NCBI GenBank assembly: GCA_016209985.1
Contig: JACQVB010000226.1
Coordinates: 1-61,215, forward strand
Length of the DNA: 61,215 nt
Reading direction: 5' to 3'
From: Gemmatimonadota bacterium
GTDB taxonomy: Bacteria > Gemmatimonadota > Gemmatimonadetes > Gemmatimonadales > GWC2-71-9
A model generated the notes under the pieces. That model was not told the DNA's origin, searched no databases, and saw only the letters and a program-made list of their open reading frames with translations. Each line of letters starts with the position of its first letter. The first letter of the stretch is position 1. This document shows positions 17,917-25,837 of this stretch, piece by piece. Made by a program: the position numbers and the translations under genes.

Positions 17917-19447
17917 CGGCGCGTCCTGCCGACGGCTTGAGCCAGCGGGTGCGCAGCGCATCGAGTCGCGGACGAACGTAGCTGCCGAGGGGATCTCTCA
18001 ACGCGAGTGGTACCATGAGGGTGGCGTAGAGTAATCCAATCGCCAGCGTGCCGGCGACCAGCGCGTAGAGCTTTCCCGGTGCCACGAACGGTGATATTGC
18101 CTTGGCGACCGCCAGCGCCAGCAGGAACCGCCACAGCCAGTGACGCAACTGGGCAATGAGTTTCAGTGCGGGAAGCCCGGTTTCCCGCGCCAGGGCGGCC
18201 AGGTTGGCGGGCAGGCTCACCAGGCAGACCCCGGTGAGCGAGGCGATGGGAGCGCCGATCACGCCGAATCGCGGAATCAGCAGTACCGCAACCGCGATCG
18301 TCAGCAGGCCGTCGGCCAGGGTGGTGAGAGAGATTCGCCGCTCGTACCCGAAGGCGAAAATGGCGTAGACTGCGGTCGTGTTCCAATGTCGCAGCAGCAT
18401 GAGGGCGACCAGGGCGGCGGTGAGCGCGAAGCCGCCGTATTGTCCGGCGCCTACCCACCAGCGGACGAACCCCTGATTCACCGCGATCACCACACACGCC
18501 ACCGCTCCGCTGACCATGAGCATTGCCTCGGTGAGCGCGGTGCACACGCGAAGCAGGCGCTCGCGGGACTCACCGGTCCGCAGCTCGCTCAGCGCGGGCG
18601 CGGCGGACTGCATCACCATCTGCGGCTGGTTCGCCAGCACCGTCACCAGCTTGGCGGTGCAGAAATAGGGAACGGCGGCCGCGGGTCCCAGCACCTTGCC
18701 GATGATCAACACGTCGCTGCCGTTCAGAAATACCTGCGCCACCTGGGCTAGGCTGACCCAGATGCTGCGCGAGAGATAGGCGCGTGCCTGGGCCAACGAC
18801 ACCCGGGGCAACTTCCTGGGCAGCACCTGCGGGAAGGTGGTGCGGACCCGCCACCAGGAGATCGCGACCGAGAGAATCTGATTCACGATCCAGCCGACGA
18901 TCAGGGCGTAGAGCCCGAATCCCGCCATGGCCAGCAGGACCGTCGCGGTCGTGCCCGCCGCCCAGACGACCATCTGCGCCGCGCCCAGGAACGTGAGATC
19001 CTGCAGGCCTTGAAGGACCGCTTGCAGGAGGCGCAGCGGGAAGGTGGCCACGAACACGGCGAACACCAGCGCGAGCGGCTTCCGGAGCGGCTGCCATTCC
19101 ACCGGCAGCAGCATCCATATGAGTGCCGCAGCCACCGCGACGACCGGCAACTGCCAGCCAACCAGGCGCGCGGTCTGGCCCACCAGGTCCGGGAGTTCGG
19201 CCGCCTCGCGCGAACCGCCCGCGCGTCCCGTGGCATACGCGGTCTCGCGGGGCAGCATGGCGACCACTCCGAGATCTGCGAGCAGGAGATAGCCCAGGAT
19301 CTGGGTCGCGACCAGCCAGAGTCCATAGTCTCGCTGGCCGAGTGTGCGCAGAAGAAACGCGGTGAGCCAGAGACCAACCAGCGTGACCAATGCCTGGTTG
19401 GCGTAGCCGAGGGTGAGCCCCCCCAGGAATCGCTGAGTGCGCGTCAC
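17909..19447 (-). CDS. Wzx-type oligosaccharide flippase (MOP family)
   Basis: About 12-14 TM segments; LGQRDYGLW...LADLG pattern; start reassigned to GTG 19447. Confidence 0.85.
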   Translation of the reverse strand: MTRTQRFLGGLTLGYANQALVTLVGLWLTAFLLRTLGQRDYGLWLVATQILGYLLLADLGVVAMLPRETAYATGRAGGSREAAELPDLVGQTARLVGWQLPVVAVAAALIWMLLPVEWQPLRKPLALVFAVFVATFPLRLLQAVLQGLQDLTFLGAAQMVVWAAGTTATVLLAMAGFGLYALIVGWIVNQILSVAISWWRVRTTFPQVLPRKLPRVSLAQARAYLSRSIWVSLAQVAQVFLNGSDVLIIGKVLGPAAAVPYFCTAKLVTVLANQPQMVMQSAAPALSELRTGESRERLLRVCTALTEAMLMVSGAVACVVIAVNQGFVRWWVGAGQYGGFALTAALVALMLLRHWNTTAVYAIFAFGYERRISLTTLADGLLTIAVAVLLIPRFGVIGAPIASLTGVCLVSLPANLAALARETGLPALKLIAQLRHWLWRFLLALAVAKAISPFVAPGKLYALVAGTLAIGLLYATLMVPLALRDPLGSYVRPRLDALRTRWLKPSAGRADA

Positions 19448-19704
19448 GGTATCGTTGCCGCCGCGCGGCGGTCCGGTAGGGGAAGGGCGGCCCGCAGCAC
19501 GCCGGTTCGAAGGACCTGGGGCATGCCTTCGTAGGTCAGCAGCGGCCTGGTCCGTTCCGGGTAGTGCCTCGCGACCAGGGAGGCGAGCGCGGCCGGGCCC
19601 AGGCGCGCGAGTGTGAAGCGTGGCCCGTCTGCTTTCGCGCGGCGGAGAGATCGCCAGACGGCCGACTGCGTGACGGATCGGGGGAAGAAGGTACTCCACC
19701 TCAT
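19444..19704 (-). CDS. Small hypothetical protein (86 aa)
   Basis: ATG overlaps the upstream GT stop (ATGA) and its stop overlaps the wzx start (GTGA); fills the gap exactly. Confidence 0.55.
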   Translation of the reverse strand: MRWSTFFPRSVTQSAVWRSLRRAKADGPRFTLARLGPAALASLVARHYPERTRPLLTYEGMPQVLRTGVLRAALPLPDRRAAATIP

Positions 19705-20837
19705 CCGGCGGTCTCGCCGAGGAGGATCCCGAGCAGCCGCCGGTCGAGCAAGCGGGGGTCGAGGGTCCGCGCATACCACTCGAGACGACGGGCCCGCGCC
19801 GGCTCGGAGTCGGTATCGGCCCACAATCGCGTGGCGAGCTGAACGAATTCATGCTCGGAGGCCGCTGCGGGCACGGCTTCCGGGAACGACGGGTCGAACA
19901 GGGGACCGGAAGATGAGAGCACCCGCGCGCCGGTGCTGAGCGCCGCGCAGGCGGACGTGCGCCGACCGGTGAGTCCATCGATGAACGGCGCCAGGACGAG
20001 TCGCGCGCGCCCGAGAAGCGAAAGGACCTCTCCGGCGTCTGGCCGACCACGCCAGGTCCATCCGCTTTCCATATATCTGCTCACGGTCGGGTGATGCGCG
20101 GCTTCTTCCTGAGTGGCGCCGATCACGATGAGCCCCGGCGTAGCGTTGACGGCACGAGCAGCCGCGACGATCCACGGCCAATTGAGGCCAGAGGCGAATG
20201 GCGAGAAGACTACTGGCGCCGGAAGCCTCACCCCTGTCCCCTCTCCCTCACGGGCGAGGGGGACGGAAGAGTGAGGGGAAGGGTCGAGGGTGCTGCCTAC
20301 ATACACGAGTTCCGCTCCGGGACGCACCAACCGCTGCCACGCGGGCACCGCCGTGACGGCGGCTGTGACCTGCCGCATCAAACGATGGAGCTGGAGGCGC
20401 TGAAGGGGTCCCAGCACCCACCACTGCGGCCGGGTGAGGGGCACCCAGGGTTCATGTATGAACACCACGACCCGCATGCCGTCCTGCCGCGCGAGCCGGG
20501 CGAGCTGTTCGGGATAGCGCGACAACCCCCTGCGGCCGTAGAGAAACGGCACGTACTGAATGAGAATCGCTTCGACTCTTGCCGCGGCGCAGCGCGATGC
20601 GACTGTCTCGGCGGGGTCCTGAAGATCGCCGGCCACCAAGACGTCGTGACCCAGCTGGCTCCAGTGGCGCACCAGCCGCGCGGTATGATCCGCGACCCCG
20701 CTCGAACCGGCTGACATTGCTCCGGAGCTCTCTGGGCGCGCTCCCGTTCCCCTCTCCCGTACGGGAGAGAGCCTGCCCTGAGCGAAGCGAAGGGGGACAG
20801 GGGTGAGGCCGGGCGAGAGGATCGCGAGTGAAGGCAT
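19701..20837 (-). CDS. GT4-like glycosyltransferase with two in-frame REP-like inserts
   Basis: SGVADHTARL, IQYVPFLYG, FIHE and PFIDGLTGRRTS; real start at ATG 20837, as the rest of the 885-aa ORF is antisense to wecA. Confidence 0.75.
   Translation of the reverse strand: MPSLAILSPGLTPVPLRFAQGRLSPVRERGTGARPESSGAMSAGSSGVADHTARLVRHWSQLGHDVLVAGDLQDPAETVASRCAAARVEAILIQYVPFLYGRRGLSRYPEQLARLARQDGMRVVVFIHEPWVPLTRPQWWVLGPLQRLQLHRLMRQVTAAVTAVPAWQRLVRPGAELVYVGSTLDPSPHSSVPLAREGEGTGVRLPAPVVFSPFASGLNWPWIVAAARAVNATPGLIVIGATQEEAAHHPTVSRYMESGWTWRGRPDAGEVLSLLGRARLVLAPFIDGLTGRRTSACAALSTGARVLSSSGPLFDPSFPEAVPAAASEHEFVQLATRLWADTDSEPARARRLEWYARTLDPRLLDRRLLGILLGETAG
20226..20278. repeat. REP-like palindrome, in frame in GT
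   Basis: cctcacccctgtcccctctccctcacgggcgagggggacggaagagtgagggg. Confidence 0.85.
20741..20810. repeat. REP-like palindrome with nested sub-element, in frame in GT
   Basis: cccctctcccgtacgggagaga-[gcctgccctgagcgaagcgaaggg]-ggacaggggtgagg. Confidence 0.85.
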
Positions 20838-20921
20838 CCAGGGGTGGCGGAGCGTGCCTTGGTCCTTAGAATTGGTGGCCACTCGGGCGTACATATTACA
20901 GCGAAACGGACGGCCTAGCGC

Positions 20922-22388
20922 GTGGGCTCTTACCTCGTCGTGTTCTTCCTGGCCGCCGCCGCGGTCGTCCTGGCGCTTCCGCCGCTCATGCGGATCGCGC
21001 ACCGCGTGGGCGCGCTGGACAACACTCGCCAGCCTCCCATGCCCCGGATCGGCGGCTGGGGACTTGCTTTTGGGGTCACGGCGGCCCTCCTCCTCGTGGG
21101 GGTCGTGTTCGAGCCGGCCGGTCTCACCCTCGCCGGCGAGAAGCATTCGTTCGTCGCCGTGGCTGGCGGCGCCATCGCCATTCTGCTGCTGGGAACCGTC
21201 GACGATATCCGGCCACTCGCGGCCGCCCCCAAGTTCCTGCTTCAGATTCTCATCGCTGCCGGGGTCTACGCCCTCGGCGTGCGGGTGCAAGCCGTCTCGT
21301 TTCCCTTCGGGTCCTTGCATCTCATAGGCGTCGTCTCGCTCGCCGTCACGATTCTCTGGCTGGTCGGCCTGTCCAACGCCTTCAACCTTCTCGACGGGGC
21401 GGACGGCGTGGCGGCGGGATCGGCCTTCTTCTCGGCGACGGCCGTCTTCATCATGTCGGTCGCACTGGGCCACCCGGCGATCGGCCTGGTCGCGGCCGCC
21501 CTCGCCGGCGCGCTCCTCGGATTTCTGCCGTTCAACTTTCCGCCGGCCCGCGCCTTTCTGGGCGACGCCGGCAGCCTGCTCACCGGCTTCCTCCTTGCCG
21601 CCCTGGGCGTCCAGGGCTCGACCAAGGGGCCCACCCTGGTCGCGATCGCGGTTCCGCTGCTCGCGTTCGCGGTTCCCGTGTTCGATACCACCACCTCCTT
21701 CCTCCGGAGAATCGTGCGGGGCGAGTCGCCCTTCGCCGGGGATCACGATCACCTGCATCACCGGCTGATCCGCGCCGGACTTTCTCCCCGGCAGGTCCTG
21801 GCGGTGGTCTACGGGACGAGCGCGGTATTCGCGCTGGTCTCGATGCTCTTCATCAACCCGGGCGTGCGTTCGTACGCCGTGGTCCTGGTGGTCGTCGGCA
21901 CGGCCGTGTGGCTCGTAGTCCGCTTCCTGCGGCTGCATGAGCTGAACGAGCTTGCCCGGGTGGCCAAGCACGGGCTGCTGAAGCCCCGCTCTATTGCGGT
22001 CAACGTCCAGCTTCGGCGTGCCGCCGAGACGCTGGAAGGGGCGCACACCCTGGAGGAGTTGCGGAACGCGCTGGCGACGTTGCTCAGCCGGTCCGAATTC
22101 GATGAGGTCCTGCTTCGGGTCGCTCCCGCGTCGGATCGCCGCGGCACTACCAGCACCTGGCGCCTGAGCGATGGCGGATTCGTGGCCGAGACCATCCGCC
22201 GGCGGATCGACGAATGGGAAGTGATCTGCCCCTTTCAGGGGAACGGCTGGAATGGTGAGCTGCGACTGCGGCGGCGCTTCGGCCGGCCTTCGCTCCTGCT
22301 CGATCTCAATCTCCTGCTCGAAGTGGTGCAACCGGCACTGGCGCATGCGGCGGGGCAAATCGACTCCGTCGCGACCTCCTCGAATTGA
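20922..22388 (+). CDS. WecA/TagO-like undecaprenyl-phosphate sugar-1-phosphate transferase with C-terminal extension
   Basis: PRIGG, GTVDD, NAFNLLDGADG, FLGDAGS and DHDHLHH motifs. Confidence 0.92.
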   Translation: MGSYLVVFFLAAAAVVLALPPLMRIAHRVGALDNTRQPPMPRIGGWGLAFGVTAALLLVGVVFEPAGLTLAGEKHSFVAVAGGAIAILLLGTVDDIRPLAAAPKFLLQILIAAGVYALGVRVQAVSFPFGSLHLIGVVSLAVTILWLVGLSNAFNLLDGADGVAAGSAFFSATAVFIMSVALGHPAIGLVAAALAGALLGFLPFNFPPARAFLGDAGSLLTGFLLAALGVQGSTKGPTLVAIAVPLLAFAVPVFDTTTSFLRRIVRGESPFAGDHDHLHHRLIRAGLSPRQVLAVVYGTSAVFALVSMLFINPGVRSYAVVLVVVGTAVWLVVRFLRLHELNELARVAKHGLLKPRSIAVNVQLRRAAETLEGAHTLEELRNALATLLSRSEFDEVLLRVAPASDRRGTTSTWRLSDGGFVAETIRRRIDEWEVICPFQGNGWNGELRLRRRFGRPSLLLDLNLLLEVVQPALAHAAGQIDSVATSSN

Positions 22389-23509
22389 AGATCCTCCATC
22401 TCAGCAAGTTCTACCCGCCCGACAAGGGCGGCCTGGAGCACGTGGTCGCTCGCCTGGCCGAAGGAGCCGCCGCCGCCGGCCACGAAGTCCGCGTGGTGTC
22501 CGCCACCGGGTCCAGTTGGGTACGTCCTCCGGGCAAGCGCATTACCGAAGTTCCCCGTGCCGGCGTCACCGTGGTACGTCTCCCGACCCACGGCGTCGTG
22601 TGGTCCCAGCCTATCGCGCCGGGCTATCTCTCGGCGGTGCGCTGGCCGGCCGACGTGGTACACGTCCATCATCCTCATCCATTGGCCGACCTCGCCGTGA
22701 TCCTGAATGTTCGCGCGCCCGTCGTGATCACCCATCACTCCGATGTGCGGCGGCAGACGTTGGCAAAACCGTTTTACTGGCCGCTCGCCCGCGCCGTCCT
22801 CTCCCGCGCTCGCGCGATCGTCGTGCCCACTCGTGCGCACCTGGGAGCCTCGAACGAGGTTCGCGGGTTCGAGGAAAAGGTCCGTGTCATCCCCTTTGGT
22901 GTCGACCAGGTGCGGTTCCATCCGCGCGAGCCCGACCGGAAGCCCCCGGTCTTCGCCTCGGACGGGCCGGTCGGGTTGTTCGCCGGAAGGCTGGTGGGCT
23001 ACAAGGGGCTCGACGTGCTGATCCGCGCGGTGGAGGGCACCACGCTGACGGTGGTCATCGTAGGCGACGGCCCCCTGCGCCGATCGCTCGAGCGGCAGGT
23101 CGGCGCGGCCGGCCTCGCCCGGCAGATCCGGTTTGCGGGCGAGCTGCCCGACGACGATATCCCGGCTTATTTCCGCAGCGCCGATTACCTGGTCCTTCCC
23201 AGCACCTCACCGGCCGAGATGTTCGGCATCGTCCTGATCGAGGCGATGGCGAGCGGCAAGCCGGTCATCTCGACCGCACTGCCCACCGGGGTCCGCGAAG
23301 TGAACGAGCGGGACGTGACGGGACTGGAAGTCCCGCCCGGCGACCCCGTGGCCCTGCGCCAGGCCATGCAGCGGCTGGCGGGCGATGCCGGCTTGCGGCG
23401 CCGGCTGGGCGCGGCGGGACGGAAGCGCGTGGAGGAGCGCTTTACGCTGAAGCAAATGGTGGACGACCATCTCAAACTTTATTCGGAGCTGATCTCTCGC
23501 CCTTCATAA
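22385..23509 (+). CDS. Glycosyltransferase family 4
   Basis: KFYPPDKGGLE, GRLVGYKG and EMFGIVLIEAMASGKPV. Confidence 0.92.
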   Translation: MKILHLSKFYPPDKGGLEHVVARLAEGAAAAGHEVRVVSATGSSWVRPPGKRITEVPRAGVTVVRLPTHGVVWSQPIAPGYLSAVRWPADVVHVHHPHPLADLAVILNVRAPVVITHHSDVRRQTLAKPFYWPLARAVLSRARAIVVPTRAHLGASNEVRGFEEKVRVIPFGVDQVRFHPREPDRKPPVFASDGPVGLFAGRLVGYKGLDVLIRAVEGTTLTVVIVGDGPLRRSLERQVGAAGLARQIRFAGELPDDDIPAYFRSADYLVLPSTSPAEMFGIVLIEAMASGKPVISTALPTGVREVNERDVTGLEVPPGDPVALRQAMQRLAGDAGLRRRLGAAGRKRVEERFTLKQMVDDHLKLYSELISRPS

Positions 23510-23511
23510 GG

Positions 23512-23588
23512 GTGGAGGAGCCGAGCCGAAGCTCTCTGCTGGAAGCCACGGCTCCCTCCCGCTCGCTTCGGTCGGGGTCGGGATGACA
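23512..23588. repeat. REP-like element (TGTCATCCCG-type end) between convergent genes
   Basis: Minus strand tgtcatcccgaccccgaccgaagcgagcgggagggagccg...; contains internal hairpins. Confidence 0.5.
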
Positions 23589-23603
23589 AACGCCGCACTC
23601 TGG

Positions 23604-24461
23604 TTAGAAAACCCCCACCTCCACCCCGCCACCGCGGATTCGCAGCCCCGGCATGGGCAGGTGCCCCTGATCGAGGACGGCGGAGAACGTTTTCCACCAG
23701 GCGGCTTTGATGGGGAGACCCCGCAGATCCAGATCGAGCAGGAGGTACCAATCATTGATCGGCGGAACCGTTACCCAGTAGGGCACGCCGTGACCCAAGG
23801 CGATTCCCAACCAGCGTGGCCACGGCCCCCCGGCGCCGGAAGCCCGCGCTGGGTTGAATGAAAGGAAATAGCGTTGCCCCGCATAGTCGTTTTCGAGTTG
23901 AGGCAGCGCTCCGGTGCGATTCGCATATTCGGGCGACGGCCAGTAGAAGACTTTCAGCGCCACCGCGCGCGAGACGGGCCATTGGCGGTGCAGGGCGGGC
24001 AAGACCGCCCCGGCGGCGGTCCACAGCATGTCCGGAGCGGAAAATCCGTTCTGGTGAAATCCGTCACCCAGTTCCTTCGGGATCGCTACGCCGAGCCCCA
24101 CCGCGGCGCCTAGCCAGGCGGAGGCGGTGCGGGGAAGACAGGCCCAATCCCAGGCGAGGGCGGCCAGCTGCGAGGTCTGATACGCGATCGCCGCGTGGAG
24201 CAGTCCGTCCTGTCCCTTACTGGGCGATCCTCCCCAGATGACGTGGAACGACCGCTGCGGCGGCTCCCACCAATCCGAATGGCGGAGGGCAACGGCCGCT
24301 GCCTCGCCCCCGGCAAAGGCGCCACCGATCACGGCAACCCGGCCGCCATTGACCCCCCGACACGGGGCCACAGCCTGCGCCGGCCGCGCCGCGGCCAGGG
24401 TGAACAAAAGCATCAGTGTCACCAGCGGCCGCTGGTTGAATTGCAGTCGATTGCGCGTCAT
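23604..24461 (-). CDS. Exported DUF2279/YfiM-like protein
   Basis: Signal-like N-terminus; KELGDGF, FSAPD and LENDYAGQRYFLSFN; start uncertain. Confidence 0.7.
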   Translation of the reverse strand: MTRNRLQFNQRPLVTLMLLFTLAAARPAQAVAPCRGVNGGRVAVIGGAFAGGEAAAVALRHSDWWEPPQRSFHVIWGGSPSKGQDGLLHAAIAYQTSQLAALAWDWACLPRTASAWLGAAVGLGVAIPKELGDGFHQNGFSAPDMLWTAAGAVLPALHRQWPVSRAVALKVFYWPSPEYANRTGALPQLENDYAGQRYFLSFNPARASGAGGPWPRWLGIALGHGVPYWVTVPPINDWYLLLDLDLRGLPIKAAWWKTFSAVLDQGHLPMPGLRIRGGGVEVGVF

Positions 24462-24475
24462 TATTCGTCGCAACA

Positions 24476-24549
<74 letters not shown>

Positions 24550-24552
24550 CGG

Positions 24553-24625
24553 CGGCGGACATAGCGGCACGGCGGCATGGCGGCAGTAACCTATGCCGCT
24601 ATCCCGCGATGCCGCTATGCCGCTG
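24553..24625. repeat. 8-mer (GCGGCATA-type) inverted pair in the tRNA spacer
   Basis: catagcggcacggcggcatggcggca ... tgccgctatcccgcgatgccgctatgccgctg. Confidence 0.85.
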
Positions 24626-24632
24626 CAGGTCT

Positions 24633-24706
24633 GGGTGGTTAGCTCAGCTGGTTAGAGCGCCGGTCTCACATACCGGAGGTCACTGGTTCGAGTCCAGTAC
24701 CGCCCA
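24633..24706 (+). tRNA. tRNA-Val(CAC)
   Basis: Cloverleaf with anticodon arm CCGGT-CTCACAT-ACCGG and T arm GGTTCGAGTCC. Confidence 0.95.
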
Positions 24707-24713
24707 CTGAACG

Positions 24714-24741
24714 GCCCCGCATGTGAGCGCGGGGCTTTTTT
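24714..24741 (+). terminator. Rho-independent terminator after the tRNA pair
   Basis: GCCCCGC-loop-GCGGGGC followed by TTTTTT. Confidence 0.85.
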
Positions 24742-25004
24742 CGTTTGCGCCTCAGCACGGCCACGCCATCAGGAAGGGCGTGGGTCTGGCGCTACGGCCG
24801 CCCCGCCACATCAGGAACCGATCTGCCAACCACGGGGTACCCACACAAGCCGCGACAAACGCGGCCTTCGGGGCCGGGACACACGCCACTACCACGCTCC
24901 CTTAAAGGGAGCGAAGCCCGCAAAGGGCCAGAGGGGCGGTTGCTTTCCGGCCTCGTCGTTCCCGCGCCACTTTGACCTGCCGTTTTGGAAACCTTCGATC
25001 GGCT

Positions 25005-25034
25005 CTTGACGTTGTCAAGCAAGGATGGTATTTC
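25005..25034 (+). promoter_or_regulatory. Putative promoter with palindromic operator
   Basis: TTGACG-17-TATTTC with a TG extension; CTTGAC-N3-GTCAAG overlaps the -35. Confidence 0.5.
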
Positions 25035-25070
25035 GGTCTCTCTCATTGCCACCGGGACTCACCGAGCCCC

Positions 25071-25478
25071 ATGACGTGGATCTACGACGCGACCAGAGAC
25101 GTCCTCACGATTACCTACGGACGTCAGGACCGGCGTGCGGCCCGGATCGTCCGGAGCCCGGAGGTCCAGCTCTACCTCGACGATCGCGGTGACTGCATGC
25201 GTGCCGAGGTGATCCGGGCATCGGCCCGGCACCCGGTCGAGGAGTTGAATGCGCTCGATGCCAAGCCGGACGATTGGTGCGGTCTCGCGAGTGCGGCCAA
25301 GCGGTTCGGGGTCAAGCAGTTTGCTCTGCGGGAGGAGATCCTGTCCGGCGGAATGCCGGCGGTCAAGAGCGGGCCGACCTGGCTGATCCGCGACATCGTC
25401 CTGGCGGTGTATGCCGAAATCCTGAAAGCACGCCGTGCCGCGCATCCGGGCGGCAGGGATAACGGCTCAGGGTTGTAG
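25071..25478 (+). CDS. DUF2283-like domain fused to an excisionase-type HTH
   Basis: N-terminal YDATRDVLTI...LDDRG...EV; C-terminal GLASAAKRFGV...GMPAVKSGPTWLI (HTH_17-like). Confidence 0.6.
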   Translation: MTWIYDATRDVLTITYGRQDRRAARIVRSPEVQLYLDDRGDCMRAEVIRASARHPVEELNALDAKPDDWCGLASAAKRFGVKQFALREEILSGGMPAVKSGPTWLIRDIVLAVYAEILKARRAAHPGGRDNGSGL

Positions 25479-25489
25479 ACGGCGGGGTC

Positions 25490-25792
25490 CTAGCGGGTCG
25501 CGCCGCTCTCGCGTTGTTCGATCTGTGCATCCCATTCGCGCACCAGTCGCTCGCAGGTGTCGCGGATGGAGTTGGGCACCGAGGGCGGGTTCTTCCGGAG
25601 CAGAGGCTCGAGCGTGAGCAGCAGGAGCTGCGCGAGCTGACGGAGCTCCGGTTCGGTGCGGGACGGCCAATACCGGAACGCGAGCAGAAGCGCGCGTTGC
25701 ACCGGTAGCCCCGGCGCCGCGAGGAACTCCTCGGGCAGCCGGCGCGCGACCGCAGACGTATTGGGTGGGTTGATGTGACTGGTCGGGATCAT
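25490..25792 (-). CDS. Hypothetical protein
   Basis: Helical-looking ORF of about 100 aa convergent on the HTH gene; no motif recognised. Confidence 0.4.
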   Translation of the reverse strand: MIPTSHINPPNTSAVARRLPEEFLAAPGLPVQRALLLAFRYWPSRTEPELRQLAQLLLLTLEPLLRKNPPSVPNSIRDTCERLVREWDAQIEQRESGATR

Positions 25793-25837
25793 GCTCGCTG
25801 CCCCCGGGAACAACCTGTCTCTGTGATGCCGCGCGCG

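Noticed and set aside
20838-22358. N-terminal 507 aa of the 885-aa minus-strand ORF, suggesting a giant fusion
   Set aside because: Antisense to the wecA-like gene; GT-like sequence begins only at ATG 20837
24633-25837. Intact integrative element at tRNA-Val
   Set aside because: No integrase and no duplicated tRNA 3' end (att site) found by eye
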